A stretch of DNA of 64,000 nucleotides. Source: Candidatus Hydrogenedentota bacterium. GTDB lineage: Bacteria > Hydrogenedentota > Hydrogenedentia > Hydrogenedentales > SLHB01. The notes beneath the pieces were generated by a model that was not told where the DNA came from, did not search any database, and saw only the letters and a list, made by a program, of their open reading frames with translations. A program made the position numbers and the translations under genes. Within the stretch, counting starts at the first letter, position 1. Every line of letters begins with the position of its first letter. The stretch is taken from NCBI GenBank assembly GCA_045863335.1, contig BTVY01000006.1, positions 64,001-128,000 of the forward strand, written 5' to 3'. Of this stretch, positions 37,935 through 47,563 are shown in pieces.

Positions 37935-38115
37935 TCTGTAGTGCGCTGAACTGGGAGCTTCGTTCCTCGTTGTACGCCCGTTTATCTGCGGAATGCTTAC
38001 CTTTCGGCGATTTTACGGGCAGTGGAAGTTTGGCACGCCACAACCTGTTACCTCTACGGCGCGTGATATTCTGGATTCAATGGAACGCAGGGAAAATTGT
38101 AACGGGAGGTGAGTT

Positions 38116-38445
38116 ATGGCATTGCACCACGCTGCGGAGGGTGAGGTTGTGGACCTCGCCACGTGGGATGAGGATACGGCCTCTGGAGGCACGAAGGCCA
38201 TTGTGAAAACGGACAATCTGGAACTGATTCGATTGACGCTGTCGCCGCAACGGGAAATGGACACCCACCAAGTCGCGGGGCCTTCCGTCATCCATTGCCT
38301 GGATGGCCGCATCGTGGTGGACGCCATGGGCAAATCCGAGGAACTGGGGCCGGGCCAACTCATGCATCTGGCGCCGAACGAGCCACACGCCGTCCGCGCC
38401 CGGGAGGAGTCCCACGCGCTGCTGACGGTAATGTTCATCCGGTAG
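38116..38445 (+). CDS. Cupin domain protein
   Basis: GGAGGT RBS; HQVAGP...HCLDG...PNEPHAV. Confidence 0.85.
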   Translation: MALHHAAEGEVVDLATWDEDTASGGTKAIVKTDNLELIRLTLSPQREMDTHQVAGPSVIHCLDGRIVVDAMGKSEELGPGQLMHLAPNEPHAVRAREESHALLTVMFIR

Positions 38446-38452
38446 CCGCGCC

Positions 38453-38481
38453 TTGCCCGCCAAGCCGATCTCTGGTACCAT
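38453..38481 (+). promoter_or_regulatory. Putative sigma70 promoter
   Basis: TTGCCC, 17 bp, TG-g-TACCAT. Confidence 0.5.
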
Positions 38482-38533
38482 TTGGCAGGACGTTAGATTT
38501 GCCGCAAGATACTGCGGTTTGGAGTGTTGCAGA

Positions 38534-38755
38534 ATGCCTCTCTTTGTATTTGCGTGTCAGGAATGCCACGCCGAAAACGAAATCCTGGTCCGGGGTGAGA
38601 CCGCCCCGGAATGCCCGTCCTGCGGGTCCAGAAAACTGACGAAACAAGCCAGCGCCTTCGCAGCGTTATCCGGGGGCGCTCGCCAGGCCGAGATGCCCGC
38701 AAGCTGCGGAGCAGGAAACTGCTGCCGCATGCCGGGCGGCTGCGGACTGAATTAG
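38534..38755 (+). CDS. FmdB-family zinc-ribbon protein
   Basis: MPLFVFACQEC...CPSCGS...SAF, Cys-rich tail; GGAG RBS. Confidence 0.85.
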   Translation: MPLFVFACQECHAENEILVRGETAPECPSCGSRKLTKQASAFAALSGGARQAEMPASCGAGNCCRMPGGCGLN

Positions 38756-38771
38756 GCCCCTTGATACAAGC

Positions 38772-38946
38772 AAGCACGAAATTCGAATCTCGAAATCCGA
38801 AACAAATCCAGAATTCGAACGTTCTAAAAAACAATCGAAGTGGATTTGACCCATCCCATTCGACGAGATTCGAGTCGGGCCATTCTGAGTTTTGAATTTT
38901 GGTCCTTAGAATTTGTTTCGAATTTCGAGATTCGAATTTCGGATTC
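38772..38946. repeat. Inverted pair of heptamer arrays with a short non-coding spacer
   Basis: Left arm: aagcacg aaattcg aatctcg aaatccg aaac aaatcca gaattcg. Right arm (reverse complement): gaatccg aaattcg aatctcg aaattcg aaac aaattct... Confidence 0.85.
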
Positions 38947-38964
38947 TGTTAACGAGGAGTTTCC

Positions 38965-39324
38965 ATGCCCGACCACCACGACATAAAGGGCGTCAAGACC
39001 CTGGGCATGCATGTCCGCAAAGCCTGGAAGGACGCGAACCGTTCGCGGCCCTTCAGCTTCTATTTGCTGATCGCGATCATCGTCGTGCTCCTGCTCGGGC
39101 TTCAGATTGTCCACGTGAAAGAGAACCCGCGCCAGTTTGCATTCCTCCTGTCGCTCCTCTTCATCTTCTTCTTTGCCGTCATGGTGCGGGCCATTGTCGA
39201 CTTCGGCGATATCACCCGCCGCCACATGGCCGAACGGGAGCAGGTGTTCCGATCAACCCTCGGCGACGACGAATTCGTGTCGGAACTGGGCCGGCGCATC
39301 GCCGAGAACCGCGAAAAACTGTAG
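38965..39324 (+). CDS. Hypothetical two-TM membrane protein
   Basis: GAGGAG RBS; two hydrophobic helices. Confidence 0.7.
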   Translation: MPDHHDIKGVKTLGMHVRKAWKDANRSRPFSFYLLIAIIVVLLLGLQIVHVKENPRQFAFLLSLLFIFFFAVMVRAIVDFGDITRRHMAEREQVFRSTLGDDEFVSELGRRIAENREKL

Positions 39325-39371
39325 ACCGTCGTTCCGGCGCTCGTATCTTCCGGGTAGAAAACGCTATTGAC

Positions 39372-40388
39372 GTGAAGACCATCCTCGCACTCGTACCCAA
39401 CTGGATTGGCGACGTGGCCATGTGCACGCCGGCACTGCGCGCGCTGCATAAACGGCATCCGGACGCGTCGTTGATCGTCGCGGGACGCCCGGCAGCCTGC
39501 GCGTTGCTCGATGGCATCCCCTGGATTGCCGATACGGTTTCCATCGGCGGACGGGACGGTCTCTTCGGATTGTTCCAGGCCGGTTCGCTCGTTCGCCGTC
39601 GTCGTCCCGATATCGCCATCGCCTTTCCGCACTCGTTCCGTTCGGCCGCGACGGCGTGGCTGTCCGGCGCGAAGACGCGCATCGGCTACGCGCGAGGCGG
39701 ACGCTCCGCCTTCCTCACCGAACGCGTGCCGCCTCATCAAGAGAACGGAAAGATTGCACCGGTTTACATGGCGACGGAGTATCTGGACCTGGTGCTTCCC
39801 CTGGGATGCGAGGACGACGGTACAGGATTGGAGTTGGCGGCGGACCCGCTGTTGGTGGAAACCTTTAAAGATCATCTTGCCGGCGAGGGTCCGCTCGTGG
39901 GATTCGCGCCGGGCGCCGCCTTCGGTCCAAGCAAGCTTTGGCCGGCCGAACGCTACGCCGCCGTGGCCGACGCGCTTCACGAACGTTGCGGCGCGCGTTG
40001 CCTGCTGCTCACCGGCCCCGGCGAGGAAACGACACGCGACGCCGTCCTCGCCCACGCGAGGTACCCGCTGCTCCGTCCTCCGCAACCGCCCACCATCCCG
40101 GCGCTCAAAGCCGCCGTCTCGCTGCTGGACCTCCTGATTGGCAACGACTCCGGCTCGCGCCACGTGGCCGTTGCGTTCAAGGTCCCTACGATCTGCATCA
40201 TGGGCCCGACCGCGCCCGTATACAGCGAAGGCCCCTACGAACGCGGCGAAGTCCTCCGGGTCGACGTCGACTGCGGCCCCTGCCAGAAGCCCGTCTGCAC
40301 CACCGACCACCGCTGCATGACCCGCATCGATGCCGAGCGCGTGACGAATGAGGCGATGGAGTGGCTGGCGAAACAACGCGCCATGTAG
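39372..40388 (+). CDS. waaF: GT9 LPS heptosyltransferase II-like protein
   Basis: PNWIGDVAM, PHSFRSA, PGAAFGPSKLWP, NDSG. Confidence 0.85.
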   Translation: MKTILALVPNWIGDVAMCTPALRALHKRHPDASLIVAGRPAACALLDGIPWIADTVSIGGRDGLFGLFQAGSLVRRRRPDIAIAFPHSFRSAATAWLSGAKTRIGYARGGRSAFLTERVPPHQENGKIAPVYMATEYLDLVLPLGCEDDGTGLELAADPLLVETFKDHLAGEGPLVGFAPGAAFGPSKLWPAERYAAVADALHERCGARCLLLTGPGEETTRDAVLAHARYPLLRPPQPPTIPALKAAVSLLDLLIGNDSGSRHVAVAFKVPTICIMGPTAPVYSEGPYERGEVLRVDVDCGPCQKPVCTTDHRCMTRIDAERVTNEAMEWLAKQRAM

Positions 40389-40399
40389 CGCAGGCCTCC

Positions 40400-41188
40400 T
40401 CAAACGAATGATGGACCGAATGACTCCACGAGCGCGTCCAGGAAAACCTGGTCTAACGCGCGGGTATCGCGAGATCTGGCGCGGTCGGGTTTGGACGCGG
40501 ATAGCCGCTCAATTTCGGTTTGCAGAAAATCGGAAATGACGTCAATGCGAGGGCCGCGATCCAGCTCGTTTCCCAATCGCTTTCGTTTCAGGAGATCGTC
40601 AATTGCGGTGCGGACGGAAGAGTTGTCGACAACCCGATCGACAAGCGCCGCGAACTCCATCGGCACGACGCCGTAGCCGCGTTCGATCCAGGTGCACGCA
40701 AGTACCGGGCGCAGCACGTAGAAGTATTTTTTGACCCAGACTTCCTCGCCCTGCAGGTGCTCGCGAAGATTCCCGCGGGCCATGTGGAGATAATGGTGCA
40801 TGCACGATATTGGGGAGTAGTAATCGTCCAAGAGCTGCCGAATTCGCGAGATCGTCTTTCCGTTCTCGCAGTAGACAATGGGCGACTGGATCCATTCCAG
40901 CAAAGGGGGATTCGATTTCCGGAAAAGCTGCAAGGCCTTGGGTAGATCCCATCCGGATACATCCAGCCCTTCATTAATAGGCCTTTCGATTACGTCTCGT
41001 CCGCGTTGAATCGACAGGTACCACTGCGGTGGACGGACATAGAGGAACCGAACGTCGTAATCACTATCCGCCGACGCGAATCCCCAGGCGCGGCTCCCTG
41101 ACTCGCACGCGTAAATGACACGAACATTCTCGTCGCGTTCGATTTGCTCGAGGGTCAGTTGTATCTGTTCTGCAACGCCGTCCTGCAT
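40400..41188 (-). CDS. Pol-beta superfamily nucleotidyltransferase (YcgL/RlaP-like)
   Basis: ESGSRAWGFASADSDYDVRF, WDLPKAL, SNPPLLEW, KKYFYVLRP. Confidence 0.9.
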   Translation of the reverse strand: MQDGVAEQIQLTLEQIERDENVRVIYACESGSRAWGFASADSDYDVRFLYVRPPQWYLSIQRGRDVIERPINEGLDVSGWDLPKALQLFRKSNPPLLEWIQSPIVYCENGKTISRIRQLLDDYYSPISCMHHYLHMARGNLREHLQGEEVWVKKYFYVLRPVLACTWIERGYGVVPMEFAALVDRVVDNSSVRTAIDDLLKRKRLGNELDRGPRIDVISDFLQTEIERLSASKPDRARSRDTRALDQVFLDALVESFGPSFV

Positions 41189-41272
41189 GTCTATATACTG
41201 CCTGCACTTGGGCACCGAATTCATGTGCAGGTCTTTTAAAGCTTCCGTTACGCCCAGAGAATCGAAAGTTCT

Positions 41273-41301
41273 TTGACCACCGCGCGTCCCGGTGCTAGGC
41301 T
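41273..41301 (+). promoter_or_regulatory. Putative sigma70 promoter of pabB
   Basis: TTGACC, 17 bp, TG-c-TAGGCT. Confidence 0.55.
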
Positions 41302-41346
41302 TTGGGCTGGTCTGCGTTGTTGTGCCAACACGGAATTCTTCTTCCC

Positions 41347-43092
41347 ATGACTGCCTTTGGCGATATCCATTTTGTATCCCGCTCCGGCTCGCGGTGGTTT
41401 CGCGATCCGGTCGCGGTGTGTGCCGCGGAACGGCTCGAGGAGGTCGCGCCGTGTCTGGAGGCGGTGGCGGAACACGTGGCGAACGGACGCTACGCCGCGG
41501 GCTTTCTTGCGTATGAGGCCGCGCCGGCCTTTGACAAGGCCCTGCGTTGTCACGCAGCTTCGGCGTTACCGTTAGCCTGGTTTGCTATTTACAGCGAACC
41601 GGTGGATGCCCCTGCCTGCGACGAAGATTCATTCGCAGTCGGTTCGTGGGAGGCATCGTTATCACGGGACGCCTACGTGGAACGCGTGCAGCGCTTGCGC
41701 GCATTGATCGCGGCGGGCGACACGTATCAGGTGAACTTCACATTCCCCCTGCGCGCGACGTTTCAGGGGTCCGCCCATGCCTGGTTTCGCGCGTTGTGCA
41801 ATGCTCAGCCGACCCAACATGCGGCGTTCCTCGATCTCGGGCGCCATCAGATCGTATCGGTATCGCCGGAACTCTTTTTCGAGCGCGAAGGGAATACCCT
41901 GCGCGTGCGGCCCATGAAAGGCACGGCATCGCGCGGGCGGTTTCCGGAAGAAGACGAGGTCCACGCGCGCGCTCTTGCCGCGTCTGACAAAAACCGCTCG
42001 GAGAACGTCATGATCGTCGATCTCTTGCGCAACGATCTTGGTCGCATCAGCGAAACCGGTTCCGTACGCGTGGAGCGGCTTTTCGACGTGGAGCGATATC
42101 CGACCCTCTGGCAGATGACGTCCACCATCGCATGCGAATCACGGGCGTCCGTGCCGGAGATCTTCGCCGCGCTATTTCCCTCAGGTTCCGTGACCGGCGC
42201 GCCTAAAGTTCGCACTATGGAGATCATCCGCGAATTCGAGGACGGTCCCCGCGGCGTGTATTGTGGCGCCATCGGGTACTGGGAGCCGTCGGGCCGCGCT
42301 GCGTTCAACGTGGCCATTCGCACCGCAACGGTGGACACCGAAACCGGCGCGGTGGAGTATCCCGTCGGCAGCGGTATCACATGGGATTCCGCGCCGGACG
42401 GCGAGTACGAGGAGTGCCTCGCGAAAGCGGCCGTGTTGACCGCGAATCGGCCGGAGTTTTCCTTGCTGGAATCCATCCGCTACGAGGGCGGGTATTTTCT
42501 TCTGGATCGGCACCTCGACCGCCTCGCGGCCAGCGCCCGGTATTTTGGTTTTGCCTGCGACATCGCCGCGCTGCGTGCGGCACTGGATGTAGCGGCGCGC
42601 GATTTCATCGATGTGCCGCTCAAGGTCCGTCTGCTCGTCGACCGCGACGGATGTTATCGCATCGAGTCCGCCCCGGCCCCGGTCGCCGAATCCATCCGCG
42701 TCGGTCTCGCGCGAACGCCGGTGAATTCGAACGACATCTTCCTCTTCCACAAGACCACTCATCGCACGACCTACGAAACGGCCCGCGCGTCGCGGCCGGA
42801 TTGCGATGAGGTACTGCTCTGGAACGAACACGGCGAGATCACGGAGAGCACGACGGCAAACGTCGTCGTCGAACTGGACGGGCGCATGATAACGCCGCCG
42901 GTCTCCTGTGGTCTTCTCGCGGGGACTTTCCGCGCGGAGTTGTTGGCCCGCGGCGAGATTGCGGAAGGTGTCATTACAGTCGATGACCTCGCGCGATGTA
43001 GCGCCATTCATCTCGTCAACTCCGTGCGCCGCTGGATTCCGGTCGGCTTCATCGCGCACACTGAGTCCGAAACCGAAACGGTCGCCGGCTAG
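41347..43092 (+). CDS. pabB: Aminodeoxychorismate synthase component I fused to a class IV aminotransferase-like (PabC-like) domain
   Basis: GDTYQVN, SPELF, PMKGT, ENVMIVDLLRND, FPSGSVTGAPK; C-terminal HKTTHR, ITES, GLLAGTFR. Confidence 0.92.
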   Translation: MTAFGDIHFVSRSGSRWFRDPVAVCAAERLEEVAPCLEAVAEHVANGRYAAGFLAYEAAPAFDKALRCHAASALPLAWFAIYSEPVDAPACDEDSFAVGSWEASLSRDAYVERVQRLRALIAAGDTYQVNFTFPLRATFQGSAHAWFRALCNAQPTQHAAFLDLGRHQIVSVSPELFFEREGNTLRVRPMKGTASRGRFPEEDEVHARALAASDKNRSENVMIVDLLRNDLGRISETGSVRVERLFDVERYPTLWQMTSTIACESRASVPEIFAALFPSGSVTGAPKVRTMEIIREFEDGPRGVYCGAIGYWEPSGRAAFNVAIRTATVDTETGAVEYPVGSGITWDSAPDGEYEECLAKAAVLTANRPEFSLLESIRYEGGYFLLDRHLDRLAASARYFGFACDIAALRAALDVAARDFIDVPLKVRLLVDRDGCYRIESAPAPVAESIRVGLARTPVNSNDIFLFHKTTHRTTYETARASRPDCDEVLLWNEHGEITESTTANVVVELDGRMITPPVSCGLLAGTFRAELLARGEIAEGVITVDDLARCSAIHLVNSVRRWIPVGFIAHTESETETVAG

Positions 43093-43120
43093 AGCGCCCA
43101 AATCCGGAAAGGGGATCGCC

Positions 43121-44494
43121 ATGACGTCGTCCGACGAACGAAACTCGCATACGATAACCCGCGGCGAATTCCTGCAGACCAGCGCCGCCGCGGTTGCACT
43201 GAGCGGGGGTTGCGCCGCCCTGCCGCGCACACCCGCCCCGCGTCCGAACTTCGTCATCTTCATCGCCGACGACCACGACCTGTTCTACAACGGCTGTTAC
43301 GGCAACGAAACCATCCGCACGCCCAACATTGATCGCATCGCCCGAGAAGGCCTCCGCTTCGACAGCATGTACACCGCCACGGCCATGTGCGCCCCCAGCC
43401 GCTCCATGCTGTACACGGGACTCTTCCCCCATCGCAACGGCGCGCACCAGAATCACAGCAGCATCCGCGACGGCATCGACACCTTACCGGTCTATCTCGG
43501 CGCCTTGGGGTATCGCGTCGCCCTCGCCGGAAAACGCCACATCAAACCCGAGACCGCGTTCCCCTTCGAGTACATCGAGCAGGATGCCGTCGGCGCGTTT
43601 CTTGACGACGTCGGCGATACGCCGTTCTGTCTCATCATCGCGTCCAAGCAGCCACACACACCCCACGAAACCGGCGGGTACAGTCCCGAGGAAGTCCTAC
43701 TGCACCCCGCGCTGCTCGACACCCCGGCGACGCGGCAGCGCGTCGCGGACTATTGCACGGATATCGATCTCCTCGATGCGGAAGTCGGCGTTGCGCTGGA
43801 TGCGCTCGAATCACGGGGTCGACTCGACACGTCGCTCTTCATCTACACCAGCGATCACGGCGCGCCCTTGCCCTTTGGGAAATGGACCTGTTACGAGTCG
43901 GGCTTGCGCGTGCCCTTCGCGATCCGCTGGCCAGGGCACGTCCCCGCGGGCACGACGACAGACGCCATGATCGAATTTGTCGACGTGCTGCCCACCTTCA
44001 TCGATCTCGCAGGCGGCACCCCGCCGGGCGACCTCGACGGAATGAGTTTCGCCAAGCTTCTGCAAGGCAAGGTCACCGAGCATCGCGATACCATCTACGG
44101 GACGCACACGACGGACGGCATCAACAACGGCGGCTTCTATCCGATTCGTTCGGTGCGCGTGGGGAATCTGAAATACATCCTCAACCTGAACCCGGACGGC
44201 ATCTTCACGAACAATATCACCGAAGGCGGGGAACGCTTCGGCGAATTATGGGACTCGTGGAAAGCCCTCGCAACGACCAACGGCTGGGCCGAAGATCGCT
44301 TCACGCTCTATCAGCACCGCCCCTTGCAGGAACTCTACGACCTTGCGGTCGACCCCCACGAACTCCACAACCTCGCGGAGGACGAAGAATACGCGCCGCA
44401 GATGGTCCCCCTGCGCCGCCGTCTCTTGTCCTGGATGCGCGACCAAGACGACCCGCACTACGCGCGCGCGGAAGCGTACTTCGCGCAACGCTGA
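43121..44494 (+). CDS. Sulfatase (probable lipoprotein)
   Basis: RPNFVIFIADD, CAPSR, SDHG, YESGLRVP; signal TRGEFL...LSGGC. Confidence 0.93.
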   Translation: MTSSDERNSHTITRGEFLQTSAAAVALSGGCAALPRTPAPRPNFVIFIADDHDLFYNGCYGNETIRTPNIDRIAREGLRFDSMYTATAMCAPSRSMLYTGLFPHRNGAHQNHSSIRDGIDTLPVYLGALGYRVALAGKRHIKPETAFPFEYIEQDAVGAFLDDVGDTPFCLIIASKQPHTPHETGGYSPEEVLLHPALLDTPATRQRVADYCTDIDLLDAEVGVALDALESRGRLDTSLFIYTSDHGAPLPFGKWTCYESGLRVPFAIRWPGHVPAGTTTDAMIEFVDVLPTFIDLAGGTPPGDLDGMSFAKLLQGKVTEHRDTIYGTHTTDGINNGGFYPIRSVRVGNLKYILNLNPDGIFTNNITEGGERFGELWDSWKALATTNGWAEDRFTLYQHRPLQELYDLAVDPHELHNLAEDEEYAPQMVPLRRRLLSWMRDQDDPHYARAEAYFAQR

Positions 44495-44559
44495 AGCAGA
44501 ACGTTCGCCTTGTATTCACCGGGATACTAAGAATGTGGCGCAATTGTTAGCCGCGCGCC

Positions 44560-44970
44560 TTATGTGCGCTCCGATTCCTGACGGAAATGCCCTCGACCCC
44601 GGTCACGGTAGCAATAGAACGCGAAGAACGCTGCCCAGACGACGGTCAAGACAATATGCGATGCGGAGATTTCACTAATCGTTCTGTGAGTATCAACGTA
44701 AAAAACTGTGTACTGAAAAACCGGAAGTATGATGAGCACAAAACGCGCCCAGCGCTTTCGGGAGAAAATGCCCCAGGTAAGCAGAAGAAGCCCCAGACCC
44801 ATCACCAACTGCGAGAGCGGATGGGTCAGTCGCTCTCCATCGATGGTTGGTGAGATACGAGGAAATCCAATCGCGACGAGTTGCAGCAGACCAACGATGC
44901 ATGCTGCAACTCAACCGGCTATCAGCAAGCCCGGCATCGACTTTTCATTTACAGGGACTGAATCAGCCAT
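44560..44970 (-). pseudogene. Membrane protein ORF interrupted by one in-frame TGA (pseudogene or recoded)
   Basis: MADSVPVNEKSMPGLLIAG*VAACIVGLLQ... continues in frame into the listed 82-aa ORF; TGA at 44913-44911. Confidence 0.55.
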
Positions 44971-45004
44971 GTTTTGCACCTACAAACCCAAAATCGCGGG
45001 TAGA

Positions 45005-45110
45005 CATTCTGCCGCCCCCGTTCGGGGGCTATGAAAAAGGGGTGACCGTCTTTACCCAGGATTTCGCTTCGCTACATCCTGGGCTACAATCTGTCGCCCC
45101 TTACGGGGCT
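45005..45110 (-). repeat. REP/BIME-like unit, same family as 2288-2394
   Basis: Reverse complement: agccccgtaaggggcgacagattgtagcccaggatgtagcgaagcgaaatcctggg...agcccccgaacgggggcggcaga. Confidence 0.8.
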
Positions 45111-45196
45111 ATTGTAACACTGGCATGCATTCCGTAGACGTAGCCATTGAGTTCGTCGGTCGTCGCACTTCAGACGCCGTTTTGCCCAATCGTCCT

Positions 45197-46273
45197 TTAA
45201 TCCGGTGTGCCGAGAAACCCGTCGCTCCAGAAGACGGGTTCGTAGCCCCGCTCGTGGACCCATTGAACCGCCGTGCGGACCTTGTCCATCACCGTGGGTT
45301 GGTAGTAGGAAAGCTCCTTCCGGAAGTACTGCTCGTGGATCAGCAGCTCGACCATCTCCGAGGTGTGCGGCGTGCTGGTGCGCGCGTTCAGGAAGGGTAC
45401 GACATCTTCGACCTCCAGCAGATTGACGACCGACGTGCAGCGAATGAAGAATAGCCCCGTGTCGCGGTCGTACCAGGCTCCGCGGCTGTCGCAGTAGGCG
45501 CACTGGGCGAGGTCGTGGTAGTACCCCGTTGTGCACTCGTTGTTCACGATTTCGAACAGCCCCACCAATTGCTCGATGCCCCGGTCGCGCACCGCAACGA
45601 TCGCGTCCGCGGGACATTCCGCCCAGTGCGTGGTGGTCGTTGTGCTCAACACTTCGTTGCCCGCGAAGCGCCGGATATGTCCGCACACGAGATCGTAATC
45701 ATGAGCGATCTGCGCGTACTTCGCATGGCGGTACGGCCGGTCCGGCTTGTCTTGCAACGCATGAAAACTCAGGTGGAGCCAATCCGCGCTGGCCTGCCAC
45801 TCGGCCTTCCAAATCGCGGGCATCTGCGTGAGATCGAACCCGTCCGTCTGGTAGTAGATGTTGAGGTGCGTCTTCGTGCCGTAGGTTTCGTGCAGTTCCC
45901 GCCAAAAGGCAAGATACCAGTGATCGAACAAGGACGGATACTTGCCCGGCTCCGTTCCAAGATCCTTGAGAAACTCGATGTTGTCATCCACCGAGAAGCG
46001 GTAGCGCGGACGGCTCCCGCGGTTCCACCACACGTCGATCGCGCATGTCGCATCTCCGGATTGCGCAACAATCGTGTTGCGCCGCTCCGTCAATTCGATC
46101 GCGCACGTGAATGTCCCGCCCGACACGCGCGCGGGAATCCCGTTCACGGTTACGGACCCTGCGTCGCATACGCCCTGCACCTGAATGGCGAGCGTCGCTC
46201 CTGATTCCGTCCCATCGTTCCGGTTCAACACATCCCCGTCTCGCGGCGAAGTGATTCTGATAGCGGTATCCAC
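45197..46273 (-). CDS. Hypothetical protein: Ig-like N-domain + deacetylase-like barrel
   Basis: GTG start; ITSPRDG...VTVNG; FSVDDN, LSFHA, LLIHEQY. Confidence 0.65.
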   Translation of the reverse strand: MDTAIRITSPRDGDVLNRNDGTESGATLAIQVQGVCDAGSVTVNGIPARVSGGTFTCAIELTERRNTIVAQSGDATCAIDVWWNRGSRPRYRFSVDDNIEFLKDLGTEPGKYPSLFDHWYLAFWRELHETYGTKTHLNIYYQTDGFDLTQMPAIWKAEWQASADWLHLSFHALQDKPDRPYRHAKYAQIAHDYDLVCGHIRRFAGNEVLSTTTTTHWAECPADAIVAVRDRGIEQLVGLFEIVNNECTTGYYHDLAQCAYCDSRGAWYDRDTGLFFIRCTSVVNLLEVEDVVPFLNARTSTPHTSEMVELLIHEQYFRKELSYYQPTVMDKVRTAVQWVHERGYEPVFWSDGFLGTPD

Positions 46274-46328
46274 GTTCGTTTTTCCCCCTGAAATTCCTAC
46301 TCTGCAAACCCGCACGTATTATAAACAA

Positions 46329-46351
46329 GGAGGGCGGGTTTTCTAACCCGC
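46329..46351 (+). repeat. GGAG-type REP
   Basis: ggagggcgggttttctaacccgc; matches 8596-8620. Confidence 0.65.
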
Positions 46352-46444
46352 GATATTCACTTCGTTGTGAGCGTCCCAGTGCATTCTGCAAGCTCGAGGA
46401 CTTCGCCGGAAGGAGAGTTGGTAGAGAACGGAACAGGTCGGGAA

Positions 46445-47548
46445 TCATTCCCGACCTACGGGGGCGCAATCCACGAGGGCCAGGCCGATCTCGTTGTTGA
46501 GCTCGAAGCCGCGTTCGGTAGGTTGCAATACCGACCCGGTATCTTTGACGAGTTCGCGTGCGGCAAGTTGGGCCAAGGCTGCGCCAAAATCGTCGTAGAC
46601 GTCTCGGCCGAAGCGTTCCGTGTACGCCTGTTTTGGCAAGCCTTCGGCAAGCCGGAGGTACTGAATGACGGTCTCCAAACGGATTTCGCGGGCGCTGAGT
46701 TCCAGCGCTTCGCACTTGCTGCCGGGGTCGGCGAGGTAGGCCTCCAGCTTCACGTGATTGCGCGCGCGGACGCCGTTCAGGAACGAGTACGCGCCGGGAC
46801 CGAATCCGGCATAGGTCTCGTTGTGCCAATAGCGCAGGTTGTGCCGGCACTCGAACCCGGGCCGCGCGAAGTTGGACACCTCGTACCGCGCGAGGGGTTT
46901 TAGTCCTTCCACCGTCTGCGTGTAGAGGTCGAGGTAGGTGTCGTCGTCGATGGCCTCGTCGGCGCGTTTGCCGAAAGGCGTGCCCGCCTCGTAGGTGAGG
47001 CCGTAGGACGACACGTGGGGCGGCGCGATGGCACGGCATTCTGCGAGGGTTGCAGGGTACGCGCTGACTGGGTGAGCGCCGAACATGAGGTCCAGGTTCC
47101 ACGATTCAAAGTGGTCCGCGACCAGCGCACACGCGCGGCGCGCGCCGTCCGCGTCGTGGCGGCGTCCGAGGTAGCGCAGGGCTTCCTCGTCAAAACTCTG
47201 CACGCCCATGCTGATGCGGTTCACGCCCAGATCACGCCACGCGACGATGAGGTCCTGCGTCACATCATCGGGATTGGCTTCGAGCGTAATCTCCGCTTCG
47301 CCGGTGAGGGAGAACTTCCGGCGCATCGTATCGAAGATGCGCTCCAACGACGCAGGCGCTACGAGCGACGGCGTACCGCCGCCAAAGAATACGCTCTCCA
47401 CATCGGTGTCGCCTTCGTAGCGCGCCATCTCGTCGCACAGGGCATTGATAAACGACTCCGGCACATTGCCCTTCGTCGGCCGCTTCACGAAGTCGCAATA
47501 CGGACAAATGGTCCGGCAGTAGGGGATGTGTATGTAGAGTCCGGTCAT
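46445..47548 (-). CDS. hemW: Radical SAM heme chaperone HemW
   Basis: LYIHIPYCRTICPYCDF, FGGGTPS, EANP, YEVSNFA, HNLRYW. Confidence 0.93.
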   Translation of the reverse strand: MTGLYIHIPYCRTICPYCDFVKRPTKGNVPESFINALCDEMARYEGDTDVESVFFGGGTPSLVAPASLERIFDTMRRKFSLTGEAEITLEANPDDVTQDLIVAWRDLGVNRISMGVQSFDEEALRYLGRRHDADGARRACALVADHFESWNLDLMFGAHPVSAYPATLAECRAIAPPHVSSYGLTYEAGTPFGKRADEAIDDDTYLDLYTQTVEGLKPLARYEVSNFARPGFECRHNLRYWHNETYAGFGPGAYSFLNGVRARNHVKLEAYLADPGSKCEALELSAREIRLETVIQYLRLAEGLPKQAYTERFGRDVYDDFGAALAQLAARELVKDTGSVLQPTERGFELNNEIGLALVDCAPVGRE

Positions 47549-47563
47549 GGATATCGCGGTTTC

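Noticed and set aside
44495-44556. attC-like site next to the interrupted ORF (GGCTAAC...GTT)
   Set aside because: L-box spacing and complementarity do not fit, and there is no integrase or cassette array.
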